Below are positions 36,701 through 51,048 of a DNA stretch of 64,000 nt, in pieces (the first letter of the stretch is position 1; every line of letters begins with the position of its first letter). The notes under the pieces are model-generated. The model was not told where the DNA came from. It ran no database searches and worked only from the letters and a program-made list of their open reading frames with translations. The stretch spans positions 6,510,001 through 6,574,000 of the forward strand of contig OZ365112.1 in assembly GCA_977030845.1 (NCBI GenBank). Direction: 5' to 3'. This DNA comes from Fimbriosthenelais zetlandica (Eukaryota). The position numbers and the translations under genes are program-made.

Positions 36701-38365
36701 TGCGCCTCTCATACTCTGCTATTGCTGCAGTGACATGACTGCCCCAAATATTCGGGTCTCCTTTAAACGAAGCCTTATTTCAATTTTCTTCCAATTTCCG
36801 AAGATGGCGAATGAAACAATTTGAATCTCGTTTCATTTATTAAAAGAACAAATGAGACATTCCTCCTCCAATAATTCCTGGGCATAATTTACCAAGATTT
36901 AAATAGGAGAGGAAATTTGGTCATGCCAAACTTCTCTGAGCATAACCATTGCTGCATTGGAGGAATTCCCAAGGGGAAGTAAATCTTGGAAAGATGGGAA
37001 GAAAGTACGGGAAAGATACATCCTGTTTTCAAGATGGTTTTGGAAGTGTGCCTGGCTGTCATTATGAAAGGGAATGCCTGGGTGTGCCTATGAACCTGAG
37101 GCGCTGCCATTAGCTCTCATTGTAAGATTGACCCTGGTGTCAGTGCCCATTGTAAACCTTTACCCCCACCTTCTCCAACCATCAAGTCATTCGGTCCCAC
37201 TAGTGTTTAGCAAATTTGATCATCCGCTCCAATGCTGACACCTCACCGCCCTTCTATCCTTATATCATCGCATTTGTCAATCTCTTAGAACATTCCAAGA
37301 TCTGTTTATGCCATTTTTTGAAATGATGGGGGATCGAGGCGATGGGTAAGGGGTATGAAGTCATGGAGAATACTAAGATGAGGGTCAGGAGGAAGTACGA
37401 GAGAGAATTGCTGGGAAATATTAATATAACTGTGGAAAAATAATGACGAAAAAGTAATGATGAGAAAGCAATGACGATGTGAGGCAAGGAATACTCAAAA
37501 GCCTCAGTTAGGCACGATGCATTTTGAAATTGTTGGCCTAATTTTTTTGGGTAAAAAAGATGAATAAGAGGTGAAAATGCATATTTGTAGGCAAGGATAA
37601 TCTGCACAAAACCCGGAATAAAGTGTGTACCTTCGTACAATGATGTTAGAGAGTGAGGAAGGAGATACGGCGGGGGAGGGCAGGTTAGGGCTGTATTAGG
37701 GGTTACAGTTACAGGGTCACACACCCACTGGCAGACGTTATTCATGACGTCACTCATCAATTTGTGGCCAACATAAAAAATGAATTACCAACAGATAGGC
37801 GAACAGCGAGACCTACGATCAGCGAAGGGAGAAGTGGATATGCCAACTACTTTCCCTTCTTACAAAGAAATACAGCGGCCCATAGCCAAAGCCCACTGCC
37901 TTCAATCCTGCCTTTGCCTTTGTATTGTGGGGGCATTGGTTGGTGCGACTGGGTGCAAAGAATGTGGGGTAAGTGGCGAACGAATGAATGAACTTACAAA
38001 TGCCTCCAATCCTCTGAAGCCTTAAATGTGTATGAAACAATTCACTATTGTAGGACCAGGAAGCCAAGAGAAAGTCTTGATCCAACCCAACAGTTTAGCT
38101 GGACTTCAGATTTGTTTGATTCATTTTTTTAACCTCAGAAAAGTTTTAGGTCGGGAGGGTGAACCACATGGTACTTCTTCCCGGTATTTTGATAAGATGC
38201 CAGTTAGTCAGTGATTATTTCTTTATGAGCTTTTTCTTCAGCTGGCGTGTTTGGGCGCTTGTCTGGTCATCACCAAGCAAAACACGGTGAGAACATTGAT
38301 CGTTACCATCCCTACTGTAACCCTTCTCTACAACCTCATCTTTTACGTCAAAGTATGTCCCAGAT

Positions 38366-38644
38366 ACAGATCTAAACACTGTAAAATACAGGCCTAAACA
38401 CTGTAAGATACAGATCTAAACACTGTAAAATAAAGACCTAAACACTGTAAAATACAGACCTAAACACTCTAAAATACAGATCTTAACACTGTAAAATGGA
38501 GATCTACACACTGTAAAAAAACAGTTCTAAACACTGTAAAATACAGATCTAAACACTAAGATACAGATCTTTACACTGTAAAATACAGAAATAAACACTG
38601 TAAAATGCAGCAATAAACAGTGTAAAACACAGCTGTACACTGTT
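38366..38644. repeat. 22-bp minisatellite, about 12-13 units (consensus ACAGATCTAAACACTGTAAAAT)
   Basis: Contiguous units with point variants, no unique spacers, and a more degenerate right edge. Confidence 0.96.
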
Positions 38645-40074
38645 CAAGCATTAGATCTCAATTTTCTCAAAAGCAGAAGGAACTGGAGCAGTAAGAAAGT
38701 AAATGTTGTGTAAGGTGTTCACTCTAGAAACTATTACTTGCTGCAATTCAAGGCTCAGAGGACAAATTACAAGGCATACACAAATCTTAATGAAGTCATG
38801 GAGGCTTTCCTCATATTTCAAAATTTGAAATGCGATCTTAGAGTTTGAACATTAAAGCCCATACAACAAGCTTCAGCTAATTCTAGATGTTATCCTCGAT
38901 ATAAACTTCTGGGATAAGGACTTATTGGTTGGTGCAACAAGTACCTATTCAGTCACGGCATACTTGATCCATATTACATAGGCCTACAAGTAGCGGAGTT
39001 TAAAAAATACGCCTGAAGCTTGTAGCAATTGATCAGGAGCGTGACGTCATGTAAATTATATATTTACACGGAGTGGAATTAAATCGCCCGGCCAGACTAA
39101 GTGCCAAAATGACGCGGTGTCAGTCATCCATCCTGCACTTTTTAACATTCGCTCTTTTAAATATCCTTTGTCTGCACCGCACCTCATTTATACGCCTGCT
39201 TGATGAGTGGCTATTTTCTTTAACATTATCAAAGCATTTGCCAATTATAGTCCATCTATCAAAGGGCTCTCTCCATGCATCGAATTAAAGCGTGAAAAAG
39301 GGTGCGCAAGGCGGTAGGAGAGCTAATTACATGCAGGCCGTGGGTGAATGAGTGGTGGAGAGAGAAAGAAGGAGCTGCTCTGAAAATTACCCGCCCAATG
39401 CCTGTTAGCTGGTGGGGGAGCTACTGGCTAAAGAGAAAGCTAGCTAGGGGGGATTGGGACTGGGGCTACAATGGCGATGAACCAATGCCAACTGAGATTA
39501 TCCAAAAGAGGGGCAGAAACTATAGCAGGAAATGCATCGGTGGCCATGCCAGCTCTAGAAGCTCTTCCTCCCAAGTCCGATTTCTTTAGTCGGATTAGGG
39601 TAATGTCCTCGGCCAAATGAATACCTACCCTTCGCCACCCGGCTCCCTGGCAAATGGCAATCTTGTAAAAGCCCTCGGGAATATGTGATAATGGAAGCGA
39701 ATAACCAAAGGCCTAATATTTTATGGGGATATAGCCTTATAAATGTCGCCTCTGACACCGTTATTAATATGCCCGAGTACATTTTAGGGACGTAGAATTT
39801 CAGGGACGTTGCACAACGATGGAAGCTGTATTTCTTAATTGGCAGGTTATCAGATACACTGAAAAGACATATAAACTCTCCCCATGCAATTATATTTAGG
39901 GAAGCCATGGTTGGTGATATGCTGTCTGCACTGCAATCGGATCATAGGCAATCTCATTTGAAATTGCACCTTTCATTTCCTATCCTTGTTAATACTGGGT
40001 AGATGCAATTAAAACTAATTCTATTACCGGTGGAGAGAATTCTTTCAGTTCTCCTGAAAGCAGTAGAGGCAATT

Positions 40075-40076
<2 letters not shown>

Positions 40077-40110
<34 letters not shown>

Positions 40111-40173
40111 GATGGAGAGAGAGAGAGAGAAGGAGAGAGATAGAGAGAGGAGACAGAGATAGAGATAGAGAGA
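40077..40173. repeat. (GA)n microsatellite with interrupted GAGATA tail
   Basis: Read directly from the sequence. Confidence 0.97.
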
Positions 40174-43100
40174 CCTAGTAAAAAAGCACATAGCATTGAG
40201 GTGATTTTGTCTAGAGCATACAATACAAACCCTCGGGCTACATATCATAGGTATCATTACGCATGAAGCAAAGTGAATTGAATTTAGTGTAGTGGCCTGA
40301 AGGCATTGATTGGGATGTGATAACAATGTAATGCATAGCGGCGATATGATGCTCAATCCGGCCTACCCTAATATTCCCTCATAACATCATTTTCCCCACA
40401 AATGAACGACATCTTCCATTCACCAAGCTATGCTGATTAAGCAGTATCACTATGACTTAACTAATTCTCAGCCAAGTATTAACCAAATAACACCTTAAAA
40501 ATATCTTGTTTTCACGATAAGGCACCACCCCTCCCCATGCAAATATGTATACGACCACAAACACCCAATATATCGGAGGATGGCAGCCATTGAATTTTCA
40601 AAATTCACCGAAAACACGTGAAATGTGACCATCTCAGATATGGAGACCATCTCGGATATCCAAGCACAAGAATCAATCTTCACAAAGCAATTGAAGGAGG
40701 TGGAAAAGAAAACATCCTATCTGAAATTCAGGTCGTCTGTGCATGAAAACAGTCCACCTGAGTTATCACATGTTCAATTTAGGATCACAATCCTCATCAT
40801 TGTGAGTCGCGTCCGTAATGGGGAATCATTGGGTGAGGCCCTTTTGTCACATATCACTAAGAGATACGCAGTATTGAAGACAAGACAATCACTGAAGGCA
40901 ATTATTCAGGATTCCACCAAAGGAGTCGGAAAGATAATTCATGACACCTCTCTCCAATTACAACAGTTGAAACCTGGCGAAAACAGGAAGTGATGTATCA
41001 ATGCTTGAAAACAGTCTACAGATAATGGCTTTGAATTGATGCAATCTTGTCTAAATGTGAAAATTGTTTCAATTCCAATGCTTCTTGCTTGGATGGGCAT
41101 TGTTTCCCCTGGCATATATAGAAAACATCTTAGGCAATGTATGAGAAATTTCTCATTTTTTACTTGCCTTGCGGTTCATGTTTGTGAAGAAGCCAGAAAG
41201 GCCTGACACTCAGATGGATTGAGTAATGACGTCACATGTCAATGTGTGTGCATGTGTTATGTAGCAGACATTATAACATATATAGGAGAAGCATCCGTCA
41301 GGCGTCAGGTCATAGTTTACCCACACACCATGACATTTTGTGATTTATTTTCAGGATAAATATCAGCCCATCAGCTTTCTCAGCATGATAGGTTCATCCG
41401 AGTCATCTCCTCGGAGGGGGTCTGCCTACTCCCATCTTAGTACCAGTATTCAAATATAGGTTAATAAGAAGGAATGTAGACCTGAGGGTTCCATACACTA
41501 GGGACATAGTGCCATCGACTCTTCAAAATGAGTTTCCATAAAAATGACATTAAATTAGGCATTTACCATAGCAGTTAGTCAACCCTTCTGCCAATCAACA
41601 TAAAATCGCCATTCTCAGAAGACAGCCGATTGCCGACCGATTAGGACATTCCAACATTTCCCAGATACAAATAGCCAAATAGGTTGGAAAATGGGTTGAG
41701 TGTTCTTTAGGCTTTATGCCATTTTGGTACGGTCTGAACTGGGTCGATGGCGTGTCAAAGCTTATCTCTTTAGATGTCAGATCCTCTGTCAGAAATTCGT
41801 TTAGTCTATGATTTGTACGAAGATGACAGTGAATATATAGGAAAGAAGCATATCTGTAATTTTAGAAAGCATAGGAGATTCTTTGACGCAGTTTAGCTGA
41901 ATGAATTCAGAAAATGGTAAGCAGCATTTTAAATAACCACAGATGTTTCAGTCAAATCATTTTCTGGTGAAATATTTAATATGGTCCTCAGATATGGTAG
42001 AGGGAAAACTTTTGTTATACTCCATTGGGGATGGACAAGTATAATATTTCATAAGATAGGAAGAAAGTAAATATGATACAATGGACTTTCTTTTCTTCAT
42101 ATAAAGTACCAGAGAGATGAATGTCTGCCTCCGCTGCAGTGTAAAGGCTATTGTCCGCGGCTTCAGCAATTTATAATACATGGGAGAAAGACACATGAAT
42201 AGACTGTAATAAATATCTCCTTACTTTGACTGAATCAGTCTCTCCGCAATATATCAGATGCATAGAAAGCTTAGTTTTACAAAATAAAACAAATTATTGG
42301 AACAAATATAAGCATTTTTGGACACCGGAGCAGACAGGGCCATAAAAGCCGATTTCGAAAATTCAATGTCGATTCTAATTGAGAATTTGATTTCTTGCAA
42401 CATATGCACAACACACTCATCATATCCATGCCAAATATAACCCCGCTCTGCTTGATGTACCTGACAGAATAATTGCATCTCTCATGGCCCAATGTCATAT
42501 ATATAAGTTATTACTTTCAGGTTGATTTAATATATAACACAATCTTTAGCCATCTATGCCATCAAAGTAAATGTGATGTAAAGAGAAGCTTGTAGAATAA
42601 ATGGACAGGCTAATGTTGGCGATGTTTTGCCGTGTCCTCCACTGAACGCTTTATTTCCAGACAACTATGATCAAACGCCGCCTGCGCCCAAATCCTCCCT
42701 TCTGGTCGAGGGGCCTGTAGTCGTCCGGAGATTGCTGGTGAATTACATGACCATAAAATTACACTCACACGCTATTTGCTGTTTCCACTGAAGCGATATT
42801 ACCATCATGTAGGATGGAGAGCAACTGCTCAGAGCAACTCTCCTCGCCCGGATTTGACCAAAAGTGGCTGAGTGCAAGGAGAGGTATAAATAATCCCATC
42901 TCATTCTTGCTTCCTCAACTATGGCGTATAAATCATTGGTTTTTATGTAACACCTCAATATCAAGTTTTTTTCTGGCTTCGATTTATCCCTATTCACGTT
43001 CAGAAATCAGAGGTCACGCCAAAGCAATGTTCGGGGTTAGAATTGCAGTGGTATTGGTGTGAAGGGGCCGGGTCAAATGTGCTTACTTGCTGTGCTCAGG

Positions 43101-46100
43101 TCATAGGTAGTGGTTAGCAGCTCTAGGCAAGGGGAGAAACTATAGGGTCTCTTATGACCCGAGAAATACCAGTATAATTATTTCATGAATAATTTGGCCA
43201 ATCTGACTGGTGCATTGTGAGTTTTGTGACAGGTATCAAGGAGATGGCGTGCCTAAGTGGCTTGTCACACATTGTCACTTGGCAGTCACAACTTCCTTGA
43301 CAAATCTATAGAAAAGCACAAATTGTGACAGAAATAGATAAAGGGAATAGCACCTTAGAGATTGGTCTTAGAACTTATTCCCAGAAGATATTGTGTAAGA
43401 AGAGTGAAAGTCCATGTTTTGAACCTGAGACGAGTCATTAGTTCATTTCATGTGAGGTCTTCTTTTGTTGTATATTGTATGGCACACACCTGACGTTCTC
43501 TTCTTCAATAATATTTAGAAACACCTGCGTGGCTCATTATATGAATATGGACAAAAGACGTATCAGGTGTTGGCTTGCAGTAAGCTAATTCTACCAACCT
43601 TCATCTCAAAATCCATTCATGGAAGAACAAATGAAATGGCAGCCTTTCAAAATGTGTCAGTCAGAATTATGCAAGTTTCTGTCGAGAATAAGACATATAT
43701 TATACGAAGGGAGATATTAAAATGTATTATTTTTCCCATAGAATCTCATGTATAGGAATACATATAGGACATGTCATCTATGTCATAGATATGTGGCTAG
43801 ATGATGTCAGGATGTCATCGTTTCTCGGTGAGATCGGGACTAGACGTGGATTCACAGTCATGTATACAGGACACAGACCCTCAAGGGAACTTGCTCTGCG
43901 CCCCTTTCACCGGCCAAATTTAGACCCAGGGAAGGAGGTTGATTGTGCCAGCCTTCCACCAGTTGCCCGTACCTTCCATTTAATGTAAATCCAATCGATT
44001 GGCTTACCATGGCAATCGCTGCGGGTTTGATGTAGTTATCCAGCACCGCCAGGTCCACTCACTCCAGTTGAATTTTTCTCCCTTTGCTTCTTTTTGAGCA
44101 CCTTTCCCTTCTCCTTTTAGCGACTGCAAATGCCTGAGAAGAGCAAAACAGGAGGAGTTGGAGCCCCAATTGACACTCTTTTAGCCAACTTCCCACTCTT
44201 CTTCCGATACCTTCTAATATTTTATAACCCGACTCCACAAACAGGACCACTTAGAGGGAATCTAGCCATCAAAGTCAGTGAGGAGTAGGGGGACGTCGCC
44301 AAGGTTCCAGATAGACTGATTCATCCTGGAAATGGACTTTTCGATGTGGTAATCAGATTATAGAATAAAACAGACTTGACATCGGGGGTGGAGGTGGGTG
44401 GTTGAAGGTAGGGGTACTTAGCTTGGTGGTGGGCCGCCTAGTAGACCTCTCAAAGGTTTCACTAGAGAGTGGGAGGTGGGCGGGTAGAAGGGAGGAATGA
44501 CGATGGAGGAAGAGAAGTTGGACGATGGTAGTGGATATAGATAGAAGGGAAAGACGCTAAAGAGGGACTTATTTTGGAATAAAAATGGACTAAAACGAAA
44601 AATTTAAAAAAAAGTTTTTCATATTATATTAACAACCTAATTTAGGGTGGCCCTGTGTAATATTGAGGGGACTTTTGATACTCCTTAAAACGATATATAT
44701 ATACAAATATTGACAGAATTACATATGTTTAAGAAGGAGAAAAGTGAGATTGGAAGATAAGGGAATATATAAGGGTAATATGTAAGGAAGTTAGAGTAAT
44801 AAACGGAAGAGTCGTCGTGAAAAGGAGGATGTAGATGACAGAAGTGAGCAACTCGCTCCAGGCAAAACCCAGAACTGAGCAGGACTGAGCAAATCCTGGA
44901 GGGCATGCCGGATGGTGGGCTAGATCTTAATGAAGGTCTCAACGCCTCGTTTCATCCCCTCTCTAGCTGCCATTGTGATCCACATTATGTTTTATTTGGT
45001 ATAATTAAAGACTCTTCATGAAAGGCGTTCGGATTGCTTAATTTCCTCATATGCATCTAGTATGCTTCAGATTCGAATGCCCCGGGAGAAGATCTCTTTC
45101 TTTCTCCATGGGCGTTTCCCCCGTCTCCACAATATTGCTTATTCATCGAGTGTGAAAGGTAGATAAACATCTTATAGATGATCATTTCCAAGCCAGGAAT
45201 GGATGAAAAATAGTCCCAAAAGCGCCTCCTACCATGAATATGATACTCAAATCGGAACAGTGAATGAGGAGCTTCATTGCCTTATTACACTCAATGTTTT
45301 TACACTAATAATTAAGCAATGCATTTTACATTATCTGAAGACAATAATCATCCATAATCATTTTTAAATTAGGAGAGATGAAGACATCCGCAATAAACAG
45401 GAAATATATACACCTCACCCATCACTCTATGGGGAAGACGCATTTTAAGAGAAGCCTATTTAATTTAAGGCATTTCGTTCTCTCTCCCTCTTAACCTTAT
45501 TCTGAGGCTAAATTCCTTTCCCGATACTTAATTGCTCCGCCCACGATCTCCTAGAAATTATTTTTAGGGAGATGCGATAATTCAAGGTATTAAAGGGAGA
45601 AGTGTATTTTGTCATTAATTCCCGTTCGCAAGTCGCATAGTAAGGGGATGAGGGTAATAAGTAGGTCTCTAAAGCCAGTCTCAGCGAGATTAGCCTCAAA
45701 TATAACATGTTGACCCAGGCAGCTGTTTTGGAAAGCATTCAGCCTGGAAATATGCAGTGATTCAGAATGTGACCCCGGCGGGTCATCAAGAACAAAAATA
45801 TTGACGAGCTGAGGAAGTGCCGGCCCATGGCCGAGAAAGAGAGAGATTCAGAGAGATAGGGAGGAGAGAAAATAGAAATTAGGGAATGACAAATAGCGTA
45901 TTTAACATTCCCAATCTCCATTTCATAATCATGTGTTTATAGCATTTTGCCATGCACATATCATTACATAAAGTAATGCTTGCCTGGTGAAAATTGCTAT
46001 TTACACCCACTGCTCTTACCTGACATGGCCTTTCATTATCTCCTTAACCCCACCTCTATCCCCTAACCCACGCCTTCCATCCCGCCCCCACCCCAACCAA

Positions 46101-48377
46101 ATTCCCTTCCCTCTTCCTGCCTTCCCCTCCCTACCTATCCACTCAGCACATAACCCTTAACCCTCGCTTTTAACCTTTCCTCCTACACGCCCATCCAGCT
46201 CCATCAAACACACCTTATATACTTCAGCATCATCCTTGAGCTACTCCCACACAAAGGAAGAGTAACTCACCAAAACACAATGCATTGAGTGCTAAATAAA
46301 AAACACTAAAACATCAATCAATTCAAATAAGACCAGATCAAATGCAAAGGAAGTGGTCAGGTCAAGATCACTTCTTTCCCCTGAAGCAATCAATCAATTC
46401 TGCTTGGCCGTGTGGCTACCCCGATCATTGTTCACTCATTTTGAGATAGTATACATTTGCGTTCTTTGGAAAAAAATGAAATATTTAAGGGTTTGTCTCT
46501 CCTTTGGGACCAAGGTTAATCGAATCCACCATTTTCTCCCCAGGGTTCCCTGGGGCAGCGTTCGCTGAGGGTACTTCCGGTTTCCGCAGCTCAGGAGCTA
46601 TATGGCTTCTGAGGAACAGGATTAAAGAGAAATCTGCCTTTGGCATTTTCTCATCAAAATCTACTCCTAGCTGCTTTATGAAGCTATTCCTTGGGACCAC
46701 CAAGTCATTTTTTTACATTTTATTTTACTTCGCAAAGATCAAGTCTGGCATGATGGATAAATCAACAAATTATGAATGACACACATTTGAAATTCTGAAT
46801 TTGTTAAAGTTGGTGATATTGGATACGCAAACCAACCAAATCATTACTGTGATTCAGACTGCTAAGATATCAAACATTCTAAATGACTTGAACCACTCAT
46901 ACCATAGGCCAATATCTCATTAACAGCAAACCAATATACGGCCCACCATAGATGCATATTTAGCAACAAACCTTAGCCCCCAGTGGCAACTAATCGCCAT
47001 TTTCCAAATGCTAATATGAGTTGGAATGCCAGTTTTCAGTGGGGAAAGCATCATAAACATATTATCTTGCTGCCTGGCCATTGATTGTGCGGAGTTGAGA
47101 GGCCCCCCAATCTATCGGCCAAACTGGATCGGGCTCCTATGAATCTGTAATGACCATATCAATGGATTGGACCCAGAGGCTGGGGGCATGTGCCAGAAGC
47201 AAAAGCCAATTCCTTGGTTCCTGCTTAAAACCTCGTGCTCAGCGGCGGTGGTGATGGCAATGGCAGTTGGATTTTCTCCTCTCCTTCACGCCCTTGTTTT
47301 GAGCCAAGTAGCCATGAAAAATACCAGCCGGGTGAAAGCCCTCCCTTCCGATGATAAGAGACATCGGTGAGACCACCTCCATCAAAATCCCCAGAGAAAT
47401 ATCACTCAGGGATGTGACAACAAGAGAAAAATGCCGGCATAAATGTCATTCACTGCTAGCTTTGCCTCAGAAAGAAAAAAGAAAGCAGTTGGTGCTAGCC
47501 CTTATAAACTAGATCATAAAGTGAGAGGAAGCGCTTTTAAATATTAATCAAGCCTCAAAAGGGCAGTGGGTCACTGGGAACTTGATACTAGTTCTAGAGA
47601 TGTAGAAAAAGTACTCTTAAAGAAAATGCTGCCTGGGAAAGAAGGTAGCAGGAAAGGAATTGCTGGCGGGACTATTTATGGTGTCTGTAGGACACCTTTG
47701 GGTAGGGAATGAGAGGTCCTTATATCTGGGGCTGTAGTTAGGGGAAACCGATACGACTTCTATGAGCTTGCTTCCAGTTAGTTGCCCTGAGGTGCAACAA
47801 CTGATTTCCTTTGTAAGGGAGGTGCTCACCTATTCCTGAGTGTCTTCCCCCTCCCCCGGTCCCTCTCCCCTCTCACACTCTCATTCTCTCCTGCTTTTTA
47901 TCCTATACGTATCTACATGCACAGCAGTAGTTGAAAGAGACGAAAAGAAATAGGTTGGGGGATATATTTTTAACTAGATACCTACTTATTTCCGTTGAAA
48001 TGTGGCTACTTTTGGTCCACAATGGAATATATTTATACTATATAGAGGTCTTTTTAGGGCACATTTAATTTAAAACCTTTTCTAACATAGGCCTACTCAT
48101 TCCGATGATTTTCATACATTCTTTTTTGAAAATATCGCCAGTATCGAAATAAATAGCTTCCCAAGAAGAACTATATATTGGATAAAGAGTCACTGAAGAC
48201 AAAAAAGTGTTGGTGGTAAGGAGGTTGAGAGAGGATGGTGGAGTAGAGAGGGGGGTGGCGGGGAATGGATGGAGGTGAAGAGAGGGGGAAGGGTGTCATT
48301 ATGAGGTGGTAAAATACTGGATCTATGTGGGTCACATGTGGCATCTATTGCCTTACCATTGGATCCCAAGTTATTGT

Positions 48378-48398
48378 GGGGGGGGGGGGGGGGGGGGG
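48378..48398. repeat. Poly-G homopolymer (21 nt)
   Basis: Read directly from the sequence. Confidence 0.95.
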
Positions 48399-49043
48399 AG
48401 TTGTTGGTAGTTATCTAAGCTCAAATCGTTAGCTTCCGTTTTTTTTTAAACATTTTCCCTTTTTTACAGTTCAAGAATATATAGATAGGTGACGGGGGAA
48501 ATATTAATTACCGCTTAGATTTTTTCATCGTTCAATAGCAAAATCACTTTGCAGGGAAAATGTTTTATATGGATTTTTTTTAATATTGCAAAGGTACGAA
48601 AGGTGCAGGACATTGGGTTGTGGGATGATTTGTTGCATTTTTTGTTAATGTCAACCAGGATCTGCCCCTCCCACCTCACACATTATGACTGGTCCTTTTA
48701 TTATGCGTGTATGGCATGTAGTGGCGTTATATAGTGGGTGCCTACAGGTCCATAGCATGGGTTAGATTCCTTTATTCTGGGCTAAAGTGGCCTTCCACCT
48801 GGAGGGTAATGAGTGGTATAATCCATACAGCACACACAGAATGTCCCCCACACGTGAGCTCCATCTGGGACAGGTGGCCATAGTCTACACCTGCGGGGCC
48901 TCCCGGGAAACACACACAGACGCAGGCACAACTTGGTCGTCTGTTCTGCAGGGTGAAAGTTTATAGAGAACAATTCCACCCTTCGTGTCCTTGCTATGTC
49001 AGAATACATAATTATCTGGTGTGTTTCGGGTAAATGAGACTAA

Positions 49044-49255
49044 AGCCGGGACTCCACTGCTGCGATTTTGCTTGCGACACTACTGCGACAAAAGGTGATG
49101 CTTGTGAAGTTATGTAAGAATAAAATTTATAAATTGTGTTTCAAGTGTCCAAGGCCTTAAGGCCGTCCTCCAATGGTAAATTTATCATTAAAACACAAGC
49201 ATCACCTTTGTTGCAGACGTGTCGCAAACAAAATCGCAGCAGTTGAGTCCTGGCT
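49044..49255 (+). mobile_element. Non-autonomous DNA transposon (MITE), ~212 bp with ~62-bp TIRs; PIF/Harbinger (Tourist)-like
   Basis: Ends AGCCGGGACTCCACTGCTGCGATTTTG... and ...CAAAATCGCAGCAGTTGAGTCCTGGCT. Flanked by TAA (49041-43) and TTA (49256-58). A second copy lies at 58486-58696. Confidence 0.88.
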
Positions 49256-50689
49256 TTAAGTCGCACAGACCCATTCAGCGTTATAGGCCTGAAAGTGGAT
49301 TACTCAAGAAAATGATTGCCTTTAACATTTTCGCATTAACAGCAAGTATATTCTGTTTTTGTGAGTGAAATTTAAACAAATCCAACTTTTTGTATTATCC
49401 ATTCAAGATTTCTTCCAGAAAATTATCTAAAAATGGTATTCTCTCTCCAGTCCAGTTTCAATAATTAATTATTTGAAATCCCACAGCTTCATGTGTCATA
49501 TATCATTAGAACATTATATGTAGATTTCAAATTTAATTCCGGAAATTAGTCGAGCTTCATGTTATACAATGTAATGAGATTGTGATGTAATGTTGGAGTG
49601 AGTTTTATGACTATTAATTGTCATAGGAAAAATGCTGTCATTTGATCCATGATGTAATTATATATATCATATAGAAAGCAGGACAAACTGAATGTAAATT
49701 TATTATCCATTAATGCAGACGCCATGTTAGATAATAAAACTATATACCACCATGCGCAGCTTCTAGCATTCTCTCGATTCACAGCATGAGAGAAAGCACT
49801 AAAATATCGAAAAAATGGAAAGTGACTTCAGATGTCTAAATTTGGAATGACATCCCCACCCACCTACATGAACTATCCTAAGAGGACCCCTTAATTTCCC
49901 AACTAGAAATATATTGTCAGCTCTTGCCTTTGCCAAAGACATCTTGGGAAACAAGAAACGCTCTTCATGTGGCAGGGAAGATACTGGTGGAGAATACTCC
50001 CACACAGTTCCTGCTTCCTGATATTTCACTACCTTCAATATGAACGGTTTATGAGGGGCATAATTCAGTGGTAGAGACCTCTTCACAACCTTATGAGGGA
50101 TACACTTCACATCTACCTCATAAATGGCCATAATTTCAGATGGAAAAACAATATTGTGTGCATAGCCATTATCTTAATGTACCTATATTATGTCTGTGTC
50201 ATCTCGCACCCATAGAAAGTGGGTACAATCTGCTGCTCACTAACGCCAATTAGTTACACAATGGGGTGGTCTTCTTTTCATGGCCCTAATGTCATGAAGA
50301 GGCAAATTAGGCAGAAAAATACAGCATATAAATGGCTGGTGATTGTCACTGCCTGGTACATGTTGCCTATTTACATGGTGCTTATTTTCAACAGTAACCT
50401 ACTCAGGATGGTAGTACAAAGCAATCATCATTTCACATGTCCTCATCCACTGACGAGCATTAATGATGTGAATAAGGAGGACTGAAGATCAGTATTTAGT
50501 CACACTTAACACTCCATCTTCCTGTCCATTTATTGTTGCTATATTGGTTGTATTATGCAGGAAAAACAGAAGCCAACAAAGCAGGTCAAGGACTTGTTTT
50601 CTGAATCCTTTCAGAAAATTTGATCCGTTTCCAAATTTAAAAGGTAAGTTGATCCAATATGAAATGCAAGTAGAAGATTGCATGGAGTA

Positions 50690-51048
50690 AATGAATAATG
50701 CCATCCAAATGTGGCACGACAAAAAAGAAGAATGCAACCAAAAGGTGGCAGAAAAAAATCGCAACCAGAATGTGGCATATAGAAAAATTAACAATGCATT
50801 CAGAATGTGGCATTCAAGAAATGAAGAATGCAGCCAGAGGAACACATAGGCCAAATGAAGAATGCAGCCAGATGAAGGCTTAGGACAAACGAAGAATTCA
50901 ACCATATAGAATGTGCCATGGAATGCATGATGCATGTGCCAGGGAATAAATAAAGAATGCATCAATAAGTAAATGAATGCAACGGGAAGGTAGCACATAA
51001 ATAATGAAAAATGCAACCAGACTATGGCATGCAACAGATGAAGAATGG
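50690..51048. repeat. Degenerate ~34-bp tandem repeat (core AATGAAGAATGCA(G/A)CCAGAATGTGGCA)
   Basis: The 19-mer AATGAAGAATGCAGCCAGA is identical at 50820 and 50854. The GAATGCA/ATGTGGCA motifs recur across about 10 units. Confidence 0.8.
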
